DNA of 64,000 nt from an uncultured Pseudomonadota bacterium (GCA_963847705.1 CAWKBC010000021.1:32001-96000); one strand, 5' to 3'; numbered from the stretch's first letter, positions 20,237 through 30,324 are shown. Numbers and translations: made by a program. Notes: a model not told the origin generated them from the letters alone.

Positions 20237-20314
20237 CTGGGCCGCCTCCGGGCGGCACGTCGTCGGGCATGGTTCGCTGCGCTCACCGTTGCCGTTGCGG
20301 CAACGCCCTGCTAG
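20237..20314. repeat. CTAG-bounded structured repeat, copy A
   Basis: Near-identical to the copies at 28201 and 38507; left foot is CTGG, right CTAG contains the hisC stop codon. Confidence 0.9.
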
Positions 20315-21414
20315 AGCGAGGTCTTCAGCGCGGCGAGCAGGCGGTCGTTGTCGTCGGGCTTGCCGACGCTGATGCGGAGCTTGGTGCGCAGCTCGGGGGC
20401 CGACCACCAGCGGACCAGGAGGCCCACCTGCTTGAGCGCCAGGTAGGTCTCCTCGGCGCGCGCGCCGATCTCCACCAGCAGGAAGTTGGCGGCCGATTCG
20501 GGCCAGGTGAGGCCCAGGTCGCCGAGCGCCGCTTCGAGGCGCGCCCGTTGATCGAGCGTGCGGCGAACACAGTCGTCCAGATAGGCGCGGTCTTCGAGCG
20601 CGGCGATGCCGATCGCCTGCGTCAGCGCGTTGACGTTGTAGCTGTCTTTGACCTTGGTGAGCGCCGCGACGAGCGGCGCGGCGGCGAACAGCAGCCCGAG
20701 GCGGGCGCCCGCCAGGCTGTAGCTCTTGGACATCGTTCGCAGCACGATCAGGTTCGGGTGCTGGTCGAGATAGGGGAGCATGCTGGCGTCGATGCCGGCG
20801 CCCAGCGCGAAGTCGACGTAGGCCTCGTCGACGACGACGATCGCCTCCGCCGCCTGGTCGCAAAGGGCGCGCAGCTCGTCGACCGGCACCAAGGTCGCCG
20901 ACGGGTTGTTGGGGTTGGCAAGGATGATCATCTTCGCCCGCTGGCGCGCCAGATCGACCGGCAGCACGTAGCGACGTCCGCTCTGCACGAACGGCAGGCG
21001 GACCAGCTCCGCCCCTTGCAGCGAGGCCAGCGTCGAATAGAGGCCGTAGGTCGGCCAGGGGCAGACCACGCGCTCGCCCGCGTCGAGGAAGCCGCGGTAG
21101 ACGATGGTCAGGCAATCGTCGGAGCCGTTGCCGGCCAGGACCTGCTCGGCCGCAACGCCGAAGCGCGCGGCCGCCACGGCGCGCAACCCGCTGCTGGTCG
21201 GATCGGGATAGAGGCGCAGCGATTCGTCGGCGATCGCGGCCAGCGCCGCCCGCACGCGCGGCGACGGGGGGAACGCCCCTTCGTTGGTGTTCAGCTTGGT
21301 GAGATCGGCGATCTGCTCGCCCGGCGTGTAGGCGGGCATCGCACGTACAGCCGGCCGGAGGAGCTCGATCGGCGCTTTCTGACCTCGGGAGGGGGGAGCG
21401 GGCTTGTCTGTCAT
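20311..21414 (-). CDS. hisC: Histidinol-phosphate aminotransferase
   Basis: YTPGEQ, KLNTNE, YPDP, GNGSDD, NPNNP, VDEAYVDF, PLP-lysine motif RTMSKSYSLAGARLG. Confidence 0.93.
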   Translation of the reverse strand: MTDKPAPPSRGQKAPIELLRPAVRAMPAYTPGEQIADLTKLNTNEGAFPPSPRVRAALAAIADESLRLYPDPTSSGLRAVAAARFGVAAEQVLAGNGSDDCLTIVYRGFLDAGERVVCPWPTYGLYSTLASLQGAELVRLPFVQSGRRYVLPVDLARQRAKMIILANPNNPSATLVPVDELRALCDQAAEAIVVVDEAYVDFALGAGIDASMLPYLDQHPNLIVLRTMSKSYSLAGARLGLLFAAAPLVAALTKVKDSYNVNALTQAIGIAALEDRAYLDDCVRRTLDQRARLEAALGDLGLTWPESAANFLLVEIGARAEETYLALKQVGLLVRWWSAPELRTKLRISVGKPDDNDRLLAALKTSL

Positions 21415-21440
21415 TTTGAGACGGGGGTAGGCTAACCGAG

Positions 21441-22952
21441 ATGGCCCGCATCCTCATCATCGATGACAACGAGACGATGCGGGAGGGGCTCGGCGCCACG
21501 GTCCGCCGGATGGGGCACGAGGCGGTGCTGGCGGCGTCAGGCGAGGCCGGGCTCAAGCAGTTCGCGGCGGGGCGGAACACGGTCGACTTCGTGATCACCG
21601 ATCTCAAGATGGAGGGGAAGGGCGGGCTGGAGGTGCTGAAGGCCGTGGCCGAGCGCGATCCTGACTGCCCGGTGATGATCGCGACCGCGTTCGGCTCGGT
21701 CGAGACGGCCGTCGAGGCGATGCGGACCGGCGCCTACGATTTCATCCAGAAGCCGTTCGCGCCCGAGGTGGTGCGCCTCAAGGTGGCGCGGGCGCTGGAG
21801 CTGCGGGCCGAGCGACGCGCGCGCGAGCGGGCCGAGGCGGAGAGCGCGGCCCTGCGCGACGACGTCGCGCGCGAGTACCGCTTCGCCGAGATCGTCGGCG
21901 AGACGCCCGCCATGCGCGCGCTGTTTCAGACGATCGAGAAGGTCGCGCCGACCGACGCGTCGGTCTACATCCACGGTGAGTCGGGGACGGGGAAGGAGCT
22001 GGTCGCGCGCGCCATTCATGCGCGGTCGAAGCGGGCGAACGGGCCTTTCGTCAAGGTGAGCTGCGGCGCGCTCACCGAGACGCTGCTGGAGTCGGAGCTG
22101 TTCGGCCACGAGCGGGGCGCGTTCACCGGCGCCATCAAGCGAAAGCTCGGGCGGTTCGAGCTGGCGGACAAGGGGACGCTGTTCCTCGACGAGATCGGCG
22201 ACATCACGCCGGGGCTGCAACTCAAGCTCCTGCGCGTGCTGCAAGAGCGCGAGCTCGAGCGGGTGGGTGGCGAGGAGACCATCAAGGTCGACGTGCGGGT
22301 GCTGTCCGCCACCCACCGGGACATCGCGGTCGAGGCGGCGGCCGGACGCTTCCGCGAGGATCTCTTCTATCGCCTGCACGTGGTCCCCTGCGAGGTGCCG
22401 CCGCTGCGCGAGCGCAAGGAGGACATCCCGCGCCTGGTGGCCCACTTCGTGGCCAAGCTCGCGCCGCGCACGAATGCGGCCATCGACAAGGCGCACGGCA
22501 TCACCGACGCGGCGCTGGCCCGCCTCGGCCTCCACGCCTGGCCCGGCAACGTCCGCGAGCTGGAGAACGTGATCGAGCAGGCGCTGGTGTTCGCCGAGGG
22601 GACGGCCATCGACGTCGGTGCGCTGCCGGCCTCGGTGCGCGGGGGGCTGCCCGAAAATGCGCTGGCGCTCCCCGGCGGCGAGATGTCGCTCCCCGCGCTG
22701 CTCGAGGATCTGGAGCGGCAGCTCATCGAGCGCGCTTATGAAAAGAGCGGCGGCGTGAAGACCGAGACGGCGCGGCTGCTCGGGATCAAGACCAGCGCGC
22801 TCTACTACAAGCTCGAGAAGTACGGCATCGGCACCATCGAGAGCCGCGGCGACAAGGCGCCGACGGGCGCCGAGAGCGACCTCGGCGCCGAGACGCTGCT
22901 GGAGGACGGTCCGCCCGGTGGCGGTGGAGGCGGTCACGAACGTTCGCGCTGA
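21441..22952 (+). CDS. Sigma54-dependent response regulator (NtrC/AtoC family)
   Basis: Receiver (IIDD, TDLKM), Walker [31 protein letters not shown], Fis-type HTH. Confidence 0.95.
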   Translation: MARILIIDDNETMREGLGATVRRMGHEAVLAASGEAGLKQFAAGRNTVDFVITDLKMEGKGGLEVLKAVAERDPDCPVMIATAFGSVETAVEAMRTGAYDFIQKPFAPEVVRLKVARALELRAERRARERAEAESAALRDDVAREYRFAEIVGETPAMRALFQTIEKVAPTDASVYIHGESGTGKELVARAIHARSKRANGPFVKVSCGALTETLLESELFGHERGAFTGAIKRKLGRFELADKGTLFLDEIGDITPGLQLKLLRVLQERELERVGGEETIKVDVRVLSATHRDIAVEAAAGRFREDLFYRLHVVPCEVPPLRERKEDIPRLVAHFVAKLAPRTNAAIDKAHGITDAALARLGLHAWPGNVRELENVIEQALVFAEGTAIDVGALPASVRGGLPENALALPGGEMSLPALLEDLERQLIERAYEKSGGVKTETARLLGIKTSALYYKLEKYGIGTIESRGDKAPTGAESDLGAETLLEDGPPGGGGGGHERSR

Positions 22953-23352
22953 AGCCCGCCGCGCCCGCCTGCGGGTCCTGGTGTGCGTCGCCGTCGCCGC
23001 GACCGGCGTGGCGATCGGCTGCGCCACCGCGGTCGGGGCGCGACGCGGCTCGTCGGCGCGGCGCGTGGAAGAGGGGCGCGCCAGCTATTACGGGCGCGGC
23101 TTCGCAGGCCGCAAGACGGCCTCCGGCGAGCGCTTCGATCCGAACGCGATGACCGCCGCCTCTCCGTCGCTGCCGTTCGGCACGCGCGTGCGGGTCAGCC
23201 GCGCCGACGGACGCTCGGTGACGGTCCGGATCAACGATCGTTGCGGCTGTCCCGGCGGCCGGATCGTCGATCTGTCGGAGGGGGCGGCGCGACGGCTGGG
23301 GATGCTCAAGGAGGGGGTGGTGACGGTCCGGATGGAAGTCCTGGGGGGATAG
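22918..23352 (+). CDS. rlpA: RlpA-family (DPBB) lytic transglycosylase lipoprotein
   Basis: [36 protein letters not shown]. Start position uncertain. Confidence 0.85.
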   Translation: MAVEAVTNVRAEARRARLRVLVCVAVAATGVAIGCATAVGARRGSSARRVEEGRASYYGRGFAGRKTASGERFDPNAMTAASPSLPFGTRVRVSRADGRSVTVRINDRCGCPGGRIVDLSEGAARRLGMLKEGVVTVRMEVLGG

Positions 23353-23377
23353 GCGACGGCGACCTCGCTCCTGGCGG

Positions 23378-24472
23378 TCAGTTGGCGCCGCCGGTGCGGA
23401 AGGCACGCCAGTCGCGGACCACCTCGCCGGCCAGCTGCTTGGCCGTCTCGTGCAGCCAGTGTCCGCGCCGGGCGGCCAGCTGCTTGCGCAGCGTCTCGCG
23501 GATCCGCGGCGTGCCCAGGTGCACGTTCGCCGTCTCGAACCCCATCGCGTAGAGCAACCGCTCCTCGTCGCGGCTCGTCGGCAGATCGACGATCTCGATG
23601 CGCGTGCAGTGCGGCGCCAACCGGCGCACCAGCCAGCCGTCGACGACACGGACGGTCGGATCGGGGACGCGGACGGCGCGGGAGATGATCGCGCTGTAGC
23701 CGTCCCCGGCACTCGCAGCCGTCTCGCTGGCCCACAGCCAGGCCGACGGCGCGGTGGCCTTCGCCTCTCGCGCGACCCAGCCACCGCGCCAGGCGGCGAT
23801 CCCCACGAAGCGGGGCCGGCCGAGGCTCCCCATCCCGGCGACGCGGCGGGCGAAGCGGATCGGCAACCCCGGGGTGGGCATCGACGCAGTGATGACGGCC
23901 GCGGCCTTCCGATCGATGTCGGACGAGGTCCGTAGACCGTTCATCTTCTCCCAGAAGGTCGTGGGGTCGCGCAGCTCGCCCAAAGCGACGCGCCGGAGCC
24001 AGCCATGCGCCTCCTCCAGCACGTAAGGCTGTCCGCCCGTCTCGATGCCGGCGCGGTAGCCCTCCAGGATCGCCTCGCAGGCGATGCGGCGGCGCACCGC
24101 GATGTGCTCGGCGAAGACCGCCAGGTGAACGCTGGCCGCCAGGCGGATCAGATCCTGCGTCCAGGGGAGCGTGGTCGTCTCGTCGAAGTCGTTGATCCCC
24201 CAGATGAGCCGCCCGTCGCTGTCGCGCCAGGTACCGAAGTTCTCGATGTGGAGATCACCCACCGCCGCGACCGGCGCCGCGCTGGCGACCTCGCCCAGCT
24301 CCTTCCGCTTCGCCCGCCAGAGCTGACACCAGCGGTAGAACGTGGCCCGCATGAAGAGGAACGGCCCCAGGCGCATGCGCTGGTGCTTGGCGCGCAGGTC
24401 GGCGCGCACGAGCGGGATGAGTCCACCCAACCACTGCTCGTAATCGCGCGTGGCGCGGTGAATGTCGTCCAT
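23378..24472 (-). CDS. DUF2252-family (kinase-like) protein
   Basis: PFLFMRATFY, GDLHIENFG, INDFDE, AGMGSLGRPR motifs. Confidence 0.85.
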   Translation of the reverse strand: MDDIHRATRDYEQWLGGLIPLVRADLRAKHQRMRLGPFLFMRATFYRWCQLWRAKRKELGEVASAAPVAAVGDLHIENFGTWRDSDGRLIWGINDFDETTTLPWTQDLIRLAASVHLAVFAEHIAVRRRIACEAILEGYRAGIETGGQPYVLEEAHGWLRRVALGELRDPTTFWEKMNGLRTSSDIDRKAAAVITASMPTPGLPIRFARRVAGMGSLGRPRFVGIAAWRGGWVAREAKATAPSAWLWASETAASAGDGYSAIISRAVRVPDPTVRVVDGWLVRRLAPHCTRIEIVDLPTSRDEERLLYAMGFETANVHLGTPRIRETLRKQLAARRGHWLHETAKQLAGEVVRDWRAFRTGGAN

Positions 24473-24489
24473 TCACCCGCTACTCTAGA

Positions 24490-24717
24490 TCAGGACGGCG
24501 TGATCTTTTTTCCGCTCGTCACGCGCAGCGTCGGACCGGTCATGGCGAAGCCCATGGCGTCGCGATCGACCGCGCCGTCGATCTCGACCTTGGCGCCCTC
24601 CTGGTCGATCCCGCGCAGCGCTCCTTGGAGCACGTAGGTCTTGCCGTCGTCGGCCACCAGCTGCCAGTGACCACCTTCGAGATCGTTCTTGCGAACCGTG
24701 CCGCGAAACTTGCCCAT
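24490..24717 (-). CDS. Small OB-fold-like hypothetical protein
   Basis: GTVRKNDLEGGHWQL...AMTGP pattern; TATACT 6 nt upstream of the ATG. Confidence 0.75.
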   Translation of the reverse strand: MGKFRGTVRKNDLEGGHWQLVADDGKTYVLQGALRGIDQEGAKVEIDGAVDRDAMGFAMTGPTLRVTSGKKITPS

Positions 24718-24819
24718 GGGTCGAGTATACGTCTCCGGCGACGCCTGGGCTTGACGGATGGGGCCCGAAGGCCAGGTTCAAGGGTGGGTCAGGCTTCAAG
24801 GATGAGGGGGAGGTGGGCG

Positions 24820-25590
24820 ATGGGGAAGGCGAAGCTCGGCAGTTGGTGGGCGGCAGGGGCCGCGGTCTGCATGCTCGTTTCGGCGGGGGTGGCGGCCCAA
24901 AGTGCTGCGCCCGCCGCGCCTGCTGCGCCTGCGCAAGAGGGAGCTGCGCCGGTGCCGGGAAGCACGGCGCCAAGCGTCGGGCCTCTGGCGGGGGGCCCTG
25001 CGTCAGCGGCGCAGAGTCCGGCGCCCGTGGTGCAATCTCCCTACAACGAGCGCGGCGGCGGCGATCAGACGGCCCTGATGGCGCTGCATCGGCAGAACCA
25101 GCAGACGATCGTCGACGCGGAGATCGCCCAGAGCCGCGGAACGAGCGCGGCGGTGCGCGAGTTCGCCGCGTCGGTCATCAGCAACTGCGCCACCTCCGAC
25201 GCCAGGCTGATGAACTTCGCGAGCCAGCAGGGGATGAACGTCGAGGCGATCCGTCTGGCCGCCGGCGCGCTGCCGAGCGGCGCGCTGACCCGGGTCGATC
25301 TGGTCAACTCGCCGCCGGATCGGTTCGATGCCGACTTCGCCGCGAAGATGGTGGCCAACACCCAGGCGGCGATCGACCAGACGCAGAAGGCGCAGGCCCT
25401 GGCGCGCGCGCCGGGGATGGCTCCGCTGCTCGCCGAGATCGCGCCTTCGCTGGTGCAGCAGCAGGCCGACGCGATGGCGCTGGTCGCGGCGATGCCGAAG
25501 CCACCGATCCGGACGATGCCGTTTGGCCCGCCCGAAGGCCTCGGACGGATGCCCACCGGGATCGACACCAACCCCGGCGTGGCACCCTAA
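24820..25590 (+). CDS. Secreted DUF4142-like (ferritin-like fold) protein
   Basis: Signal peptide, Pro/Ala linker, AVREFAASVI and FDADFAAKMV segments. Confidence 0.65.
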   Translation: MGKAKLGSWWAAGAAVCMLVSAGVAAQSAAPAAPAAPAQEGAAPVPGSTAPSVGPLAGGPASAAQSPAPVVQSPYNERGGGDQTALMALHRQNQQTIVDAEIAQSRGTSAAVREFAASVISNCATSDARLMNFASQQGMNVEAIRLAAGALPSGALTRVDLVNSPPDRFDADFAAKMVANTQAAIDQTQKAQALARAPGMAPLLAEIAPSLVQQQADAMALVAAMPKPPIRTMPFGPPEGLGRMPTGIDTNPGVAP

Positions 25591-25615
25591 CGTCGCAGGC
25601 GGCGCCGAAGAGCCG

Positions 25616-26581
25616 CTACGGCGGCGGCTTGACCACGATCAACCGTCCGCCGGCGGAATCGGCGACGAAGGCCGTACCGTCCGCGGCGACCACCACACAG
25701 CGAGCGCCCTGGGCCGTCGGGCTCGACGTCACGGCGCTGAGGGCGCCGGCGCCGCCGACGCGGGCGATGGTCAGCCTCCCGCCCACCCCCGAGGCGACGA
25801 ACAGGAGGCCGCGTTTGCGGGCGTAGTCGATGTTGTCGACACCGCCGGAGGTCTCGAGCCGTCCGACCTCTTTCCCGGCACGAGCGAGGTCGCGGGCGAC
25901 CGCGCCGTCGGTGCAGGCGACGAACAGCAGGCGCCGCCCGTCGTCGAGCGCCAGCCCCCGTGGTCCGGCGGCCCCGCAACGGGCCGGCCAGCTGGACACG
26001 ACCTTCCTGGTTCGCACGTCGATCGCCAGCGTCCGATCTTTGTCCTCGACGTTCGTGTAGAAGAGGCCGCGCTTGGCGTCGACCGCGACCCCTTCAGGAT
26101 CCCCGTCGATCTTGATCGCCACCGGTGGAGCGGCTCCCTGGCCCGAGACGTCGACGACGGTGATCGACCGATCGCCCGGGGTCGTGACCCAGACCTCGTG
26201 CGTGGCGGCGACGTAGGCCAGGCCGTCGGGCATCGACGGCAGGGGGTGGCAGGCGCCGCGCGCCAAGGTCCGCGCGTCGATCGGGCAGATCTCGTCGTTG
26301 GCGCGATTGCCGATCCAGACCACGCCATCGCCGACGGCCGCCGAGCTCGGCCCCATCCTCGGCCGCCCGGGGCGCCGCGCGGGGGCGGTGGGAAAGCCGC
26401 CCACCGCCGTGACCTTGCCGGTGGCGATCTCCACGACGTCGACGTTGCCGGTGTTTCCCGCCGGCACCCAGAGCCGTCCGGTCGCGCCGTCGTAGGCGAG
26501 GTAATCCATCGCGACCGGCGGCCCGCCCGGGAGCGCGACCGCCGCCGCGAGCAGCGTCGACAGAACGAAGGAGTGCAGCAC
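25616..26581 (-). CDS. YncE-family beta-propeller protein
   Basis: Repeated DYLAYD / PDGLAY / PEGVAVD / PRGLALD / VDNIDY blades; signal peptide. Confidence 0.85.
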   Translation of the reverse strand: MLHSFVLSTLLAAAVALPGGPPVAMDYLAYDGATGRLWVPAGNTGNVDVVEIATGKVTAVGGFPTAPARRPGRPRMGPSSAAVGDGVVWIGNRANDEICPIDARTLARGACHPLPSMPDGLAYVAATHEVWVTTPGDRSITVVDVSGQGAAPPVAIKIDGDPEGVAVDAKRGLFYTNVEDKDRTLAIDVRTRKVVSSWPARCGAAGPRGLALDDGRRLLFVACTDGAVARDLARAGKEVGRLETSGGVDNIDYARKRGLLFVASGVGGRLTIARVGGAGALSAVTSSPTAQGARCVVVAADGTAFVADSAGGRLIVVKPPP

Positions 26582-26602
26582 GAAGGGGGCGGGTTCGACG
26601 GC

Positions 26603-26872
26603 TCAGGCGCCGAAGCGTTTGATCGAGCGCGCCTTGGCCTTGGCCGCCTCGATGGCGCGATCGCGCGGCGGCGCGTGCGTCACCAGCGAGTCGACCAGCT
26701 TCCGCGCGACACGGAAGGTGTCGTCGACGGCGCGCGCGAAGGCCTTCTCGTTTTCATACGAGGGGTGGGCGAACCCGCTCAGCTTGCGCACGAACTGCTC
26801 GCTGGCCGAACGGATCTCCTCGTCCGTGGCAGGCGGCGCGAAGTTGAACAGCGTCTTGATGTTCCGGCACAT
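26603..26872 (-). CDS. DUF2277-family protein
   Basis: MCRNIKTLFNFAPPATDEEI...QFVRKLSG signature. Confidence 0.88.
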   Translation of the reverse strand: MCRNIKTLFNFAPPATDEEIRSASEQFVRKLSGFAHPSYENEKAFARAVDDTFRVARKLVDSLVTHAPPRDRAIEAAKAKARSIKRFGA

Positions 26873-26920
26873 GCCGGCCAGGCTAGCACGGGCGTTTCGC
26901 GGGATCGCCTCGGGCCGGCG

Positions 26921-28150
26921 CTACGGCGCGACGGTCGTCGTCCCGCCGCCGCCGCACTGCGAAAGGCCGTTGAGCCAGGCCGCGATCGTCGCCACGCCGT
27001 CGGTATCGACCTTGTGGGTGATCGCAGGGGGCATCTGCGTGCCGGTCGGGGTGCCGTCGACGCCGTCGCGGTGGTCCATCCGGTAGTAGGCCGAGCTGTC
27101 GGCGGGATCGCAGGGGGCGAAATCCTCGGGGTTCGTCAGGCCCGTGACCGGGAAGTTCGCGTTCACGCCCATTCCCGTGGTCCAGGTGTCGGTGGTCATC
27201 ACGCTCGTCAGCGTCGCGACGTCGAGCCGCATCAAGAGGTTCGTGTACCCGGCCTCACCGCTGTCGCGGTTGTGGCAGGTGACGCCGCAGTTCATGTGGA
27301 GATAGCCGAGCGCGGCGGTCGCGGTCGCGTCGCCGGGGATCGTGAGCTGGCCGCTGGGCGGGGCGGTGAGGAGGTTGCCGGCGGTGAGGGTCGCCATGGT
27401 GACCCCGGAGGCCTGTGACGTCGACAGCGCCACCGCTTCGAAGCCCAGCACCGCGTCGAGACGGCCACCGTGGCAGTCGTAGCAGTTGCTCTGGGTGGGG
27501 ATCTCGTAGCCGTTCCCATCCGCGTCGACCTCGCCGTCGGTGAGCTCGGTGGTGCTCGTCAAACCGTCAGCCGACCAGCGATAGACCGTGAAGTACCAGG
27601 CGCCGCTCGGCCGCTTCCAGATGAGCCGCGTCTCCAGCCGCGCGCCGCCGACGACGAACTCCTTCCAGACCTTGGTCCCAGGGGGGAACGTCCACTCGTC
27701 CATGTCCGTCGTGTCGATCTTCGTTCCGGGCGGCAGGTAAATCCAACGGGTCTTGCTCGCCCCGTCGCTCCAGAGGTGAAGCCCGGGATCGTATTGCTGC
27801 ACGTTGGAGGCGACGGTCTTCGTGGACCAGTCGGAGTAGAGCCCCGTGCAGCGGAGCTCCGTCGGCTCGCCGTTGGCGCCGGTCTCGCAGTCGGACGGCA
27901 GCGCATCGGTCGCGGCCCCGTCCTTCGCCGAGGCGTCCCTGCTGCCGGCGTCCTGGCCACCGTCGGCAACGGTGGCGTCCTGTCGCAGCGACCTGTCCGT
28001 GCCGCCGTCGCTCCGGGCGCGCATGTCGGCGCCGCCGTCGTGAGACACATCGGATGAGCTGCTGCAGGCCCCGCAAAACAGCAGCGCGAAGGCCGAGACC
28101 TCGCACAGAGAGGCGCTCCACCGAGAGAGCCACCGACAACGCCAATCCAC
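26921..28150 (-). CDS. Diheme c-type cytochrome lipoprotein (SO2930-like)
   Basis: LWSDGASKTRWI, FPPGTKVWKEF, ETRL, heme motifs CYDCH and CGVTCH, distal MPP. Confidence 0.82.
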   Translation of the reverse strand: MDWRCRWLSRWSASLCEVSAFALLFCGACSSSSDVSHDGGADMRARSDGGTDRSLRQDATVADGGQDAGSRDASAKDGAATDALPSDCETGANGEPTELRCTGLYSDWSTKTVASNVQQYDPGLHLWSDGASKTRWIYLPPGTKIDTTDMDEWTFPPGTKVWKEFVVGGARLETRLIWKRPSGAWYFTVYRWSADGLTSTTELTDGEVDADGNGYEIPTQSNCYDCHGGRLDAVLGFEAVALSTSQASGVTMATLTAGNLLTAPPSGQLTIPGDATATAALGYLHMNCGVTCHNRDSGEAGYTNLLMRLDVATLTSVMTTDTWTTGMGVNANFPVTGLTNPEDFAPCDPADSSAYYRMDHRDGVDGTPTGTQMPPAITHKVDTDGVATIAAWLNGLSQCGGGGTTTVAP

Positions 28151-28200
28151 TGCCTGGCCTTTATAACAGCAAACGCAGCGGTTCCGGGAGAGGCTCCCTG

Positions 28201-28352
28201 CTAGGCCGCCTGCCGGGCGGCACGTCGTCGGGCATGGTTCGCTTCGCTCACCGTTGCCTTAGGGCAACGCCCTCCTAGGCCGCCTGCCGGGCGGCACGTC
28301 GTCGGGCATGGTTCGCTTCGCTCACCGTTGCCTTAGGGCAACGCCCTCCTAG
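28201..28352. repeat. CTAG-bounded structured repeat, exact tandem dimer (2 x 74 bp + CTAG)
   Basis: 28201-28274 is identical to 28275-28348; the final CTAG contains the stop of the acyl-CoA dehydrogenase gene. Confidence 0.95.
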
Positions 28353-29500
28353 CCGTCGAGCTCGAGGCCGAGGAGCAATCGACCGGTCAGCCGGGTCTGC
28401 TGCTTCTCGGGCACGGGGTGGTAGCGGCAGGCCTGGACGTCACGAAACAGACGTTCGAGCCGCGAGCTGCGGAAGAAGCCCGCGCCGCCCGCCACCTCCA
28501 GCGCCTTCTCGGCGGTCCGCAGGACGCCGTTCGCCACCAGCGTTCGCCGGATCAGCATGGCGCTCGACGTCTCGGGGCCCGGCTTCGCCGAGCGTGACAG
28601 GTCGACCATGCTCGCGTGGGCGAGCTGCGCCGAGACGAGCAGGTTCTCCATCTCGCCGGTCAGGTAGGCGACGTTCGGATCGTTCTTTCGCTTGCGCGCC
28701 AGCTCGAGCGCGACGTCGCGCGCCGCCTCGGCGACGCCCAGGTAGGCGGCGTAGATGATGGGGAGGGCCACCAGCGCCGAGGCGTGAACGGCGGGGTGCC
28801 ACTTGCCGGGCGGCCGCCGCACGCCCCCCATGGCCGCGTCGGGCAGGAAGACGCTCTCGAGCTCGATGTCGTGCGAGCCGGTGCCCCGCATCCCGAGCGC
28901 CCGCCAGGTGTCGAGCACCTTCACGCCCGGCGCGTCGAGCGGCAGGCCGAAGTGGATCACCGTCGGGCCGTCCTGGGGATCGTCGAAGATGCCGGTGGTC
29001 ATCAGCAGCTGGCCCCCCGGGGCGCCGCTGCTGAAGATCTTCCGGCCGGTCATCTCGTAACCGCCCTCGACCTTCTCGAGCCGGCCCGATCCGGCCAGCC
29101 AGTCGGAGCCGCCCGAGCTGACCAGCACCAGCCCCTCGGCGGCCACGCGGCGAAGCAGCGGTTCGGGTCCCTTGTTTCCGCTCCGCCACAGGTTGCTCAT
29201 CATCGCGACGGTGTGGGTGTGCATCGAGGCGGCCAGCGCCGTCGAGCCGCAGTGGTGCCCGAGCTCCCGGATCATCCCGCACAGCTCACCGACCGAGGCG
29301 CCCCCCCCACCCAGCTCGGCGGGGACCGCGGCCTTGAAGACGCCGCGCTCCTTGAGCGCCACGTAGTTGTCCGCGACGAAGGCGTCGTTCGCGTCGTAGG
29401 CAGCGGCACGCTCGGCGAACGCCGGCCCCAGCTCCCGCACGATCCCGATCCAGTTCGTGGTGGTTCCCGAATCCGTCGTTCCCAGCTCGGTTGTCGCCAT
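28349..29500 (-). CDS. Acyl-CoA dehydrogenase-family protein (possibly a flavin-dependent monooxygenase)
   Basis: VPAELGGGG, CGSTALAASMH, GRKIFSSG, WRALGMRGTGSH, LERLFRD. Confidence 0.9.
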   Translation of the reverse strand: MATTELGTTDSGTTTNWIGIVRELGPAFAERAAAYDANDAFVADNYVALKERGVFKAAVPAELGGGGASVGELCGMIRELGHHCGSTALAASMHTHTVAMMSNLWRSGNKGPEPLLRRVAAEGLVLVSSGGSDWLAGSGRLEKVEGGYEMTGRKIFSSGAPGGQLLMTTGIFDDPQDGPTVIHFGLPLDAPGVKVLDTWRALGMRGTGSHDIELESVFLPDAAMGGVRRPPGKWHPAVHASALVALPIIYAAYLGVAEAARDVALELARKRKNDPNVAYLTGEMENLLVSAQLAHASMVDLSRSAKPGPETSSAMLIRRTLVANGVLRTAEKALEVAGGAGFFRSSRLERLFRDVQACRYHPVPEKQQTRLTGRLLLGLELDG

Positions 29501-29559
29501 GGTCACCCCCCCTTGGCGCTCAGTGAGCCACAGTTTGGCCGCGGGCACGGTGAAAGTTT

Positions 29560-29782
29560 CGCGTGGAGCGAAAATCAGCGCGCCCCGCTGCAGAACATCG
29601 CAGTGCTGGGGCCGGGCGATCTTCTGGCGCTGCGCTCCGACGGTGGCGGCCGGATGGTCTGTCTCGCCGGCCGCCCGATCGGCGAGCCGGTCGCGCGCCA
29701 CGGCCCTTTCGTCATGAACAACGACGACGAGCTCCGTCAGGCGATTGCCGACTATCGCGCGGGCCGCCTGGTTGGCGGCTGA
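29560..29782 (+). pseudogene. Pirin C-terminal fragment
   Basis: AGRPIGEPVARHGPFVMNNDDELRQAIADYRAGRL is the pirin C-terminus; no room for the N-terminal cupin before the divergent gene start at 29500. Confidence 0.75.
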
Positions 29783-29892
29783 GCGGGCGCTCCTGGCGCG
29801 CGCCATCGCGTCGAACACGATGTTCCGCGGCCTCGCTCTCTGGCCCACTTTTGAAGCCGGTCGCGTAAGCTTCGGCGCCGGAGGATTCGCCC

Positions 29893-30324
29893 ATGCTCGG
29901 CTCTGTGCATGACTACGCGCTCGTCATCCGCGAGCAGCACCTCGACACGTTCGGACACGTCAACAACGCCAAGTATCTGGAGATCCTCGAAGAGGCGCGC
30001 TGGGACCTCATCTCGCGCAACGGATACGGGCTGGAGGAGGTGCTCCGCCGGCGGATCGGCCCCACCATCCTCGAGATCAACCTGAGGTTTCAGCGGGAGC
30101 TGCGGAACCGCCAGCCCATCGTCGTCAAGACCTGGATGGACTCGTACGCCGGAAAGATCGGGCGGGTCGGGCAAGAGATCCGCGACCCCGAGGGCAATCT
30201 TTTTTGCCAGGCGATGTTCACCATCGGCCTGTTCGATGTCGCCGCCCGCAAGTTGATCTTGCCGACGCCCGAATGGATCCGGGCGCTCGGGTTGACCGAG
30301 GGCGATCTGGGCGTTCCGGCCTAG
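29893..30324 (+). CDS. Acyl-CoA thioesterase (4HBT/YbgC hotdog family)
   Basis: DTFGHVNNAKYLEILEEAR motif; GGAGG RBS. Confidence 0.92.
   Translation: MLGSVHDYALVIREQHLDTFGHVNNAKYLEILEEARWDLISRNGYGLEEVLRRRIGPTILEINLRFQRELRNRQPIVVKTWMDSYAGKIGRVGQEIRDPEGNLFCQAMFTIGLFDVAARKLILPTPEWIRALGLTEGDLGVPA

Noticed and set aside
20237-20314. Resemblance of the repeat (GGCC...GGCATGGT) to an HDV-like ribozyme or a tRNA
   Set aside because: I could not build the nested double pseudoknot or a cloverleaf with a T-loop and CCA end; the similarity is only a few bases.
28201-28352. Possible CRISPR array
   Set aside because: The units are 74 bp, directly adjacent with no unique spacers, and no cas genes are present.
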